DNA from: Octopus vulgaris
Lineage: Eukaryota
Length of the DNA: 64,000 nucleotides
Assembly: GCA_951406725.2 (NCBI GenBank)
Contig: OX597814.1
Location: 157,852,001 to 157,916,000 of the forward strand
Direction: 5' to 3'
Below the pieces are notes generated by a model. That model was not told the DNA's origin, made no database searches, and saw only the letters and a program-made list of their open reading frames with translations. Every line of letters begins with the position of its first letter. Position 1 is the stretch's first letter. The translations under genes and the position numbers were made by a program. Below are positions 54,201 through 64,000 of the stretch, in pieces.

Positions 54201-55816
54201 CTTTAGCAGTGGAATAAATGAGATTATTTAAGGTTGTCAAATCATTCCCCTTATTTCTTAAGATCTGTCCTAGGGCAACGTTATATGTCATGATTGTGTT
54301 GTTATTTCTTGTGCCATTTGAAAACTTTGGTAGTGGTTCTCTATTAACCATGTCAGTGAGCTCAATCTTGCCGAGTTCTCTCATAATGTCCACTTTTGCT
54401 TCCATAATCTTTTCTCTATTATTCACCTCAAATTCTATGTCATATCTATTTTGGTTTTCTTGAGGAAGGTCTACGTTCTCCTCTTTTTTCAAATCTCTCG
54501 TCTTCGCTATTCTTTGTTTAACTTCCCCATTGGGAAGTTGATTTGCCGCTTGTACACTGGCTTCTGTGCTACTATTACCTATTTCGTCTACATTGTTGCT
54601 GTTTTCTTTTGGTCTACCATGAGCTATTAGTGTCCTAATTTTGTCAATTTCAGCGTCAGTTAGTCTTTTGTTTTTAATTATATCTCTGCGTACATTACTT
54701 AATTTATTTGCGTCTATATATCTACGTACGTCATTGCCTACTGAATTTCTCCATGAGATGTATGTTTGTACACTGAGGTTATTGTTTGGGTTTAGTTGGG
54801 CTGTATAAAAAGCTTTCAACACATCTCTATAGTCCTCTCTGGTCCATTTTATACGTTTTGCTTTAGGTGGTGTTTTTGGTGGTGTCACTACAAGTCCAGA
54901 GTTAGAAGTATTCTGGTTCTGGTCACCTGGTAGATCGTCTTTTTGAGAGTTTGTTCCAGCAGCAAACTTTTCGACCCCAGTCTGGTTCCCTACTGGGTAA
55001 CGCGGTCCTTGTTGTCCTGGGCGATGACCGATCCGGCATGATTTTTGGCTTGTTTTCATTAAATGATTGACGGCGACATCAGAGGGGTCCATTTTTTCAG
55101 AGTCAACTTTTTGACAAGACGCCGCTTCTGTGACGGTGACAGGGTCAATTTTTTGACAAAACACCGCTTCTGAATTCTCCGAATTAATATATTGTTCATA
55201 TCGAACTCGCATAAGACTTACAGATCGAAATTCGCCTCTATTTCTTTTGGTAGTCATGTTTCCGGGCATAACTGTGTAGTGACTTTCTAAATTCAGTGAC
55301 CAATTTTCTCTTTTTTGCGTTTGTTCGTGAAAAATCGCTTTGTTTTTGTTTTGTTTTCGTCCGCGTAACGTGGTTTTTCTTTCTGTGTGTACGTGTGAGC
55401 GCGTGTATGCATTATTTATGCTTTATAATTAAAATGTGTACATGTATGCACAAACAGTTGCATGTATACTTTATAATTAAAATGTGTACGTGTATGCATA
55501 AACAGTTGCATGTATACTTATTTAATTAATTAATTAATTAATCAATTTATGTACTTACTGTCTTTCAAGAGCTCTGATGTTCGCTTCTATTTCTTATGCA
55601 TGTCACATGGAAATATTGTGCATAAAAGAAAGAAAACCATACTATATATGGCAATAATAGTTCGGACTTTTTAGTTACTTTGCCTTAAAAGAAAATTTGG
55701 AAAAGATATTTTGTGGAACCTTTCTTCCATTGCAACGATGTTGTTGGATTAAATTCGTTTTTTGGAGAGAGGCTCCCAGGGAACATCCATGTTGTTATTC
55801 AGCCCGGAGCTGAATC

Positions 55817-55818
<2 letters not shown>
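51236..55818 (-). mobile_element. Full-length R4/Dong-like retrotransposon (family E, ~4.6 kb)
   Basis: (TTA)n on both sides; ~550-nt 5'UTR, long ORF, ~150-nt 3'UTR. Confidence 0.92.
51389..55269 (-). CDS. RT-CCHC-RLE polyprotein (~1290 aa) split by one frameshift at ~52425
   Basis: ORFs of 950 aa and 343 aa; NYRPITCL, GIFQGDSLSP, YMDD, CRFC..ETIDHLVSGC, RHD, RPDI..IEVSVP..KYK; adding one G to the GGGGG run restores SSGGRGMMQLE. Confidence 0.88.
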
Positions 55819-55869
<51 letters not shown>

Positions 55870-55882
55870 GTTGTTGTTGTTG

Positions 55883-55955
<73 letters not shown>

Positions 55956-55958
55956 CAT

Positions 55959-57918
55959 TCAGTAGTTTTATTTTTATAGCGTGCTTTCACTTCACTACCG
56001 AGCGCAGCTCTGTGTGCCTTAGGTATGTGCTGTGATTTGTTGTGATGCTCTGATGGATATTGTATGGAAAGTGTTCTGCGTAGGATGTGTGCTGTGCCTA
56101 GTAGTGCAATTTTCTGTATGTTATATGTGTTTGTAAGTCCTGGTGTTTATGTTATGTATTTGTCTGAATATTTTTTTATCATGCCGAATGCACCGACTAT
56201 GATAGGAATTGTTTTTGCTTTTAGATTCCACATTCTGGTTACCTCTATTTCCAGGTCTTTGTATTTTGAAAGTTTCTCCATTTCTTTTAGAGACACGTTG
56301 TCATCTGCCGGTATTGATACATCAATTAGGAAGCATCTTTTTTCTTCATGATCTCTGACAACTATATCTGGTGTGTTGGCCTTAATTTCTCTATCTGTGT
56401 GTATCGGCATATCCCAGAGTATGGTTGCTTTCTCGTTTTCTGTAACCTTTTCTGGTGTGTGCCTATACTATCTTTTTTCTGTTGTTATTCCATAATGTTG
56501 GCATAGCTTCCAGTGTATGAAGGTTCCAACTCTGTCATGTCTGTGAATATATTCCTTCTTAGCCAGGACTGGGCAGCCAGAGATAATATGATTTATTGTT
56601 TCTTGTCCATCTCCACATATTCTGCAGTTACTTGTTATATTTCTTTTCATTACATGTTTTTGGTAATTTCTGGTGGGGAGGCTTTGGTCTTGTGCTGCAA
56701 TTAAAAATCCCTCTGTCTCTGCTTTGAGTCCTGAGCTTCTCAAGCATTGCTGGGATTTTTCTTTGTCTATTTCTTTTGCGTTTAGTTTAGTCCAGTATTT
56801 ACCATGAAAGGGCTTTTCTTGCCATCGTTTTATCATGGTTCGTTGCATTCTGTTTTTAGTTTGGATTTCATTTGTTTTATAGCTTTTGTTGTTTCTTCAT
56901 CATCTTCTTCTTCTTCTTCTTCGTGTTTATTAGGTGGTATGATTTCTTGTTTGTATTTGTCAGCTTCCTTAAATGCTGAGAACAGTTTTTTGTTTTGCTC
57001 GTGTTTTGCTGCTATCTGGATCAGTTTTCCTTCCTTCTGAAGTAGGTATTTTTGCAGTCCTATGGTGGTTATTTTATAGTAGTTTTCCAGCTGTATAAGG
57101 CCTCTACCACCTTCTATACGTTGTATATATAGTCTTTCTATGTCAGATTTTGGGTGATGCATCCTAGATCCTGTCAGTATTTTTCTTGTTTTCCTATCTA
57201 TTTTGGACAGTTCATTTAGTGTCCAGTTATGGATATTGTAGCTGTAACTTATAACTGGAACGGCTAAAGTGTTGATACCTATTATCTTGTTTTTAGCATT
57301 GAGCTCTGTTTTCAGTATTGATCTAACTCGTCTATAATATTCTTTTTTTAATTTTCTCTTTCATTTGTGTGTGTTGTGTCTTATCTAATTCATGGATTCC
57401 TAAGTATTTGTAAGTTTGGCTTTGGTCTAATTCTTTTATTTCATTGGTTTTATCTAGTGTGATGTTGCTACTCTTAATTAGTTTTCCTCTTTTCAGGGTT
57501 ACTTTGGCGCATTTCTCTAATCCAAATTTCATATCTATTTCTTCGGTAAATCCATGAACTGTCTTTAGTAGTGTTTCCAGCTGTTTGTCATTTGTAGCGT
57601 ATAGTTTTAGGTCATCCATATATAAAAGGTGGCTGATCGCTTTGCCGTAACATTTATATCCGCATCCAGTTCTGTTTAGCATATCCGATAGAGGTGACAG
57701 TGCCAAGCAGAAAAGTTGTGGAGAGAGCGTATCTCCATGGAATATTCCTCTTCTAATGGGGATGGCTTTGGTTTTCACAAGTCCCTCTTTTGTTTGGAGG
57801 TGTAGCACTGTTTGCCATTTATTCATAGAGTGTCCTATGTACTTTATAATTGTTGGTGCAACTTTTTTCATGGCTAGTGTTTCGAGAATCCATGTGTGGG
57901 GGACGCTATCAAACGCCC
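55959..57918 (-). mobile_element. 5'-truncated R4/Dong-like family C, disrupted
   Basis: ORFs 57332-57871 (YMDD), 56833-57162, 56468-56848 (CCHC), 56147-56410 (RLE); flanked by (TTA)n. Confidence 0.9.
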
Positions 57919-58062
<144 letters not shown>

Positions 58063-58067
58063 GTATT

Positions 58068-58621
58068 GAGTGAGAGAGCAGTGCATGCCATCAAAGTGAC
58101 ACTGGGGTAAAATATACGAAGCCCAATATACCCATCATGACTACCCGTCTGATAAAGGTACACCAGGCACATGCATCACAACCATATGTGCGCGACATGG
58201 TGATCTCATATCAAGATAAACAGCACATGACCTTGCAGGTGGGGCACAGTTAGAATTTTCTTCAGGTTGAGTAGCCTATCCCACTTCAAAGGTCCCTGAA
58301 TAAGGGTTGTTTAAGGATGTTGAAAGAACCACCCATGTTTCCAGAGGTGAACTATTCAAACCCCAAAGAATCCCTCTCAACACATGGTTATGATGCTCCC
58401 CCACTACTTCTGCTCGTGATCAGAGATGCACATATCGCCAGTCACTAAGGGACATGCTCAACTGGTTAAGGTCAAACAACTGACAAGCAAATCTGTGGTA
58501 CTGAGCAGAATATTTGCTGTAGCCCATCTTTTATACCAAGACAAAACAATGTACATGATAACACTTCCAATCAGTTAAGATCAGAAGCCATGAGAGCCAC
58601 TGCCTGGTACTGCATCAGGGC

Positions 58622-58623
<2 letters not shown>
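58068..58623 (-). mobile_element. Non-coding ~556-bp TAA-targeted retroelement, copy 3
   Basis: Near-identical to 49937-50473 with ~20 extra nt; flanked by (TTA)n. Confidence 0.8.
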
Positions 58624-58685
<62 letters not shown>

Positions 58686-58824
58686 TCTTTTTATCACAGG
58701 TTTTGTTGGAACTCCTGGAGTCTTGCATGCATTGCGGGCTTGCTAACTGAACCCTATGTTACCATACTACCCGTTTTTTCAGCTATCTAATACTTTACTG
58801 ATTTATTATCATGATTATTATTAT

Positions 58825-59115
58825 CGAGAGAGGGAACATTGCATGCTGTCCAAGTGACACTGGGGTACAAGTATACGAAGCCCAATATGCCCATCATGTT
58901 TACCCGGCTGGTAAGGATACACCAGGCACATACATCACAACCACATATGTGCGACATGGTGACTTCTTTGGCACATGTTGTGGGCTTTGTTCAGTTGCAT
59001 TGCAAGGTTTTCCTTCCATCGCACCGATTAATTTGGTTTGTGGGGAGATCTTCTTAGTGTACTTCCATGTTATTATTTAGCCCGGAGCATATTCTCCGGG
59101 AACTTAGCCCAGGAC
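58825..59115 (-). mobile_element. Bipartite ~290-bp non-autonomous element (SIDE-like)
   Basis: 5' end resembles the 5' end of the full-length R4 (GCTCCGGGCT.AATAA.AACATGGA); 3' ~135 nt is a diverged version of the 556-bp element's 3' end. Confidence 0.65.
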
Positions 59116-59134
59116 TTATTATTATTATTGTTGC

Positions 59135-59174
<40 letters not shown>

Positions 59175-59205
59175 ATTATTATTAATATTATTATTATTAT
59201 TATTA

Positions 59206-59263
<58 letters not shown>

Positions 59264-60555
59264 CACCAATAACGACAGGAATTTCTTTCATATACAATCT
59301 ATTATCAATAGACTGTGTAGCGAGTAGAGAGAACTTGGGAGGGATTCGAACTCAGTAATTTAAAGCATTAAAAAATTACCACGAAGTAATTTGTCTGATG
59401 ATTTACTGATTCTTCCTCCCATACTCACCAGGTCACAGATATTAGCAGTTTTTTAATGCTCACTTCATGTGGAACTAACCTCTGATCAAAATAGTTCCCA
59501 GTGTAATCATTCCATTATTATTTAAAAAAGAAATCGTGTAATTTGTGTGTGGCTATACCGAACAGATGCAACGCTTGCTTAGAGTCGTTGGTTCAAAACT
59601 TACTGAGTTATACTGCGTGGCACAAAGAGTTTTGCTCGCGTATTTAAAAGAAGGGTGAAATGTTAAATAGTTTTATCTGGATAGTAGATGGTACAAAGTG
59701 AATTGTTATTAGAGGTAGAAGAGCTTAGAAGGGATTAATTAAAACGTGTAAAACACTTCAGTCGATAGTTCAAGGTCCATTAAAGAACCATTTGGCTCAT
59801 ATGCAGCGACAAACGTCTTGTTAATAATCTTCCTATCAAATGAGCAATACTTTACTGGAAGTTTATCAATCAGCTGTAGTTCGAAATCAAATAAAAATAC
59901 ATCAAAGCCACAGTGTATTATACCGAAGTTGTCAAGACATGTAATCGTAAATGTATCATGTAAGAAATAAGGTTTCTGATAAATGTTACAATTATTAGAA
60001 ATCGCAGAGTAAAAGAAAACGATACAGAAGGGAATCTTTTATAGTAAATTAGAGATGCTTGAGGTAAGAGCAATAGTCAGGATATTCGTAAGGTAGAAAG
60101 GTTGTACGATTACGCTTTAATGATGCAGTAACCTGTTTCTATACACGTTGATTGAGAGGTGAAATGTATTATTATTAATGAGTCCAACACCAGCTCAGGA
60201 GTATTCATTTCTAACTTTGGTGCATGTACTATCGACTCGTCACAATGTTTGAATTTTGATGAATGAGAGATTGTAAAATCCTAATAACTCTACGCATAGG
60301 AGATTTAGAGAGTGCTCTCGACAAGAAAATGCTAGAAATAGTTATCATGCATCTAAAAACAAAACTAGAGGTGAAGTGTATATTGATCCTACTTGCAAGT
60401 GTACAGTTATAAATTAGTCTCAATTGAGGTGTACTGGGTAAGAGGATATATTTCTCAATTAATTAATAGTTTAATTAAAATTACCATAAAATTACCATAG
60501 TTATCTTTTCCAAATGAACTAATACATGAAACATATTTTACTTGTCTTCCTAAAG

Positions 60556-60729
60556 CTGAATGTCCAACGTCAGCCGGCTACACTTACCAACCAGAACTGA
60601 GATTATGCTTTCGAATAGGTGAGAAAAAAATTACATGGAATAAAGCTGCAGCCGTTTGTAACAAAGATCGAGGACAACTTATCCACATAAAAAATCTACA
60701 AATAATGGAGTACCTACTAAACGAATTCA
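60556..60729 (+). CDS. C-type lectin gene B, exon encoding N-terminal half of CTLD (not in supplied ORF track)
   Basis: Acceptor cttcctaaag at 60555, donor gtgcgt at 60730, 174 nt, phase 1/1. Translates ECPTSAGYTYQPELRLCFRIGEKKITWNKAAAVCNKDRGQLIHIKNLQIMEYLLNEF; paralog of 462-635. Confidence 0.9.
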
Positions 60730-60800
60730 GTGCGTAACAACTTAATACCTTATTCAAACCACAAACATAACACGCTCTCTCTTTCTTTGTCTCTCTGTGT

Positions 60801-60865
<65 letters not shown>

Positions 60866-61207
60866 ACTCAAACACGCACACGCATACTCACGCATACTCA
60901 CGCATACACGAAATATATCTAATATTATAAATTATAACTGCTTAATAACATTTTGAATTTAAATTTTTTACCAGTTTGCAAATTACTTTCCGTTTTTCTT
61001 CTAATTTTTCTTTTTGTACTTTCTATTCTGATTATTTCTCTTGCGATGAGAAAATACAGAAGTTTTAGAAAGATATCGGATGCAATCATTTAATTTCATA
61101 CACGTATATGTAAAGAATTACACTTTATTGTTATTTATTGTAAATTAGCTACAAAAGAAAATGGCTTTGCCTATAAAAAAATTACTTCAGTAAAGATTTA
61201 TTTTAGA

Positions 61208-61450
61208 CTAGCAGAGATACACGGCGTTGCTCGTGATTAAAATGACATAGTATTTTATTGTTTTACTTGTTTCGGTCATGTGACTGCGGTCATGCTGGTG
61301 AACCGCCTTTAGTAGAAGAAATCAAACCCAGAATTTATTCTTTGTAAGCCTAGTCGTTATTCTATCGGATTATTTTGCCAAAAGGCTAACTAAACAAAAG
61401 GTAAACACAGCAACATCGGTTATCAAGCGATGGCGGGTGTCCAAACACAG
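61208..61450 (-). mobile_element. Helitron 3' end plus SINE-like segment
   Basis: CTAGCAGAGATACACGGCGTTGCTCGTG; same module as 1429 and 62297. Confidence 0.6.
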
Positions 61451-61519
61451 ACTCAGACACATATAAATACACACACAAATACATGAATATACATTTATAT
61501 ATTTCATTTTTAGATTTGG

Positions 61520-61552
<33 letters not shown>

Positions 61553-62266
61553 ATATATACATGTATATAAATATATACGCATGTATATATAAATATATAA
61601 ATGCATATAAATATATATGTATATATATAAATATATATATATATACATATTTGAATAAAATCTGTTGGGTAGTTCTCGAATGTTAGTGATGTGCTCGCGC
61701 ACACACATATATACGCACACACGCACACACGCACACACGCACACACACACACACACACACACACGTTCTCAGTTTTATATATGTAGATGTTCTGTTAGCT
61801 ATACATACAAATTTGAAAAGGAAGTTGAAACGAAGACAATATTTTGTTATAAATCGTATTGTTATTAGCTCTTGAACGTAATTTCTTTTGAATCAATGTT
61901 TTAGTAGTATGGATTACCTTTTGAACTTCCCCCTCTTCACTATTGACAACGAGAGCTGGAGCATGTCGAGTTAGATCACTGAGTTACCTTATTACAGACA
62001 CGTTACTGACAATATTGATTGATATTCACAACGAAATAAATCCATTATGAACATTGATTTTGGTCTTAATCAACGCCTATGCTTATAGTGGAGCGCTAGA
62101 GTCGATTGAATTGATCAACGAATTCGTTTGAGTCATCCTATCAAACTCCAATGACATGAAAGCTTAAGTACGCTTACTTTTGAATTTATATGCAGACGAA
62201 ATAAATGATTTAACTGCTACATTGTCAGTTCAATAACCTTCAATAGAAAATAATTTGCTCTTTTTG

Positions 62267-62296
<30 letters not shown>

Positions 62297-62299
<3 letters not shown>

Positions 62300-62540
62300 C
62301 AGAGATACCCAGCGTTGCTCGGGATTAAAGTGGCATAGTTTTTTATTATTTTAATTGTTTCGGTCATGTAAATGCGGCCATTCTGGTGCGCACCGCCTTT
62401 AGTCGAAGAAATCAACCCCAGGATTTATTCTTTGTAAGCCCATTACTTATTCTATCGGTTTGTTTTGCCAAACGTCTAAGTTACGGGGCCATAAATACAG
62501 TAACATCGGTTGTCAAGCGATGCAGGGGTACAAACACATA
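62297..62540 (-). mobile_element. Helitron 3' end plus SINE-like segment (second copy)
   Basis: TAGCAGAGATACCCAGCGTTGCTCGGG followed by the same downstream sequence. Confidence 0.6.
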
Positions 62541-62701
62541 CACACACACACACATATATATATACATATATATAAATATATATACATATATAAATATATA
62601 TATACATATATAAATATATACATACATATATATAAATGTATATATACATATATATACATGTATATACATACATATATATATATATGTATATATATATGTA
62701 T

Positions 62702-62790
<89 letters not shown>

Positions 62791-62944
62791 GGCACCAGGT
62801 TGACCAACATTTACTTGTTCTGACCATGTAGACGTAAGGTATTATTATTATTAACTGATATTTTTTCCTATCATGTCTGTAATAGATTTGTGACTATTCA
62901 GTGGTACGGAAGTATTTTTCGACATCGATTATATATATATATAT

Positions 62945-63446
62945 ATACAATATTAGATATGTACATATATATACAAGGGTACTACATGAGTACCTATATC
63001 GCTAAAAAATAGAAGTCAAAAAATACTTTTGTATCACTGAATAGTCACAAATCTATTACAGATATGATAGGAAAAAATATCAGTGTACAATAATGTCTTA
63101 TGTGTACAGGAGCTGAACAAATATATGCTGGTCAACCTGGTACAGGTTTCGAAATTTAGCGCCACATAGGAGCGCGATTTCTTACCAGTAATTTAGCTGG
63201 CAGACTTTGGCTGATGAGAAATCGGGCAGCTATTTGGCGCTAAATTTCTAAACCAGTACCAGGTTGACCAGCATTTACTTGTTCTGACCATGTAGACGTA
63301 AGGTATTATTATTGTTAACTGATACTTTTTCCTATCATGTCTGTAATAGATTTGTGACTATTCAGTGGTACGAAAGTATTTTTCGACATCGATTTTTTAG
63401 TGATATAGTTATACTTGTGTATATATGTACATATCTAATATTGTAT
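62945..63446. repeat. ~500-bp imperfect palindrome (foldback/MITE-like)
   Basis: ATACAATATTAGATATGTAC... pairs with ...GTACATATCTAATATTGTAT; centre ~63195; extra partial arm copy at 62788-62930. Confidence 0.8.
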
Positions 63447-63543
63447 GTATATATCTTATTAATTTGACTGTACGGCTGATAATTCGCTTACCACTCGTGG
63501 TGGTATTTTAATAATATCATCCTATATAATTATGTATATATAT

Positions 63544-63612
<69 letters not shown>

Positions 63613-64000
63613 TAGCATTCATAGAAATAGAATCCCTAGAAACAGGAAATTCCTTATGAGACACAGAACAAAAGTCTCAAACCAGGTCAATAGAGAACTG
63701 AAGTATAGTGAAAGGTTAAATTAAGACAGACATTGCTGGAAATTAAAAGCAAAATTAAACTCTCCCATGAAAAGGAAAGAGCAGAGAAGGAGAAGAGAAG
63801 TGAGCTGTAGAAAGCATAAAAACATACTTCAAGGCTTTCTATACATTTTCAAAGTATATTGCCGCAGTACAGTACAAAATAGAACCCCTGTTTCAATCGA
63901 ATGACTCACTGACTGCGGACCCCAGAAGGATTAGTGTGAAGTGCTCAGTGTACATTTTAAAAGTGTTTTCACTTCTCCACTGGGTCATATTCTGATAAAA

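Noticed and set aside
59075-59115. HDV-like ribozyme at the element 5' end
   Set aside because: A hairpin followed by CTAA is suggestive, but P1, P2 and P3 pairings could not be built
63211-63260. CTGATGA hammerhead core in the palindrome
   Set aside because: No stem II followed by GAAA; the motif is part of the arm pairing

Overview
AT-rich, microsatellite-dense eukaryotic DNA. The repeat families look like those of an octopod cephalopod (inference from SINE/LINE sequence, not verified). The host content is two tandem paralogous C-type lectin genes on the + strand. Gene A has exons at 462-635 and 12956-13188, which complete one CTLD with RPD...WND motifs. Gene B has a PAN/apple-like exon at 41549-41825 spliced in phase to a CTLD exon at 60556-60729; it continues past the window. 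Introns and intergenic DNA are mostly mobile elements. These include strand-polarised chains of at least five R4/Dong-like (RT + CCHC + restriction-like endonuclease) retrotransposon families in (TAA)n tracts. One copy is near-intact, with a single frameshift in a G-run, and two non-coding parasite-like elements share the tracts. There are also TA-flanked foldback elements carrying hammerhead-ribozyme motifs (Penelope-like), Helitrons, Tc1, mariner with a nested ORF1-only retroelement, Chapaev3, an Academ-like relic and tRNA-derived SINEs. All calls were made by eye; no searches were run.
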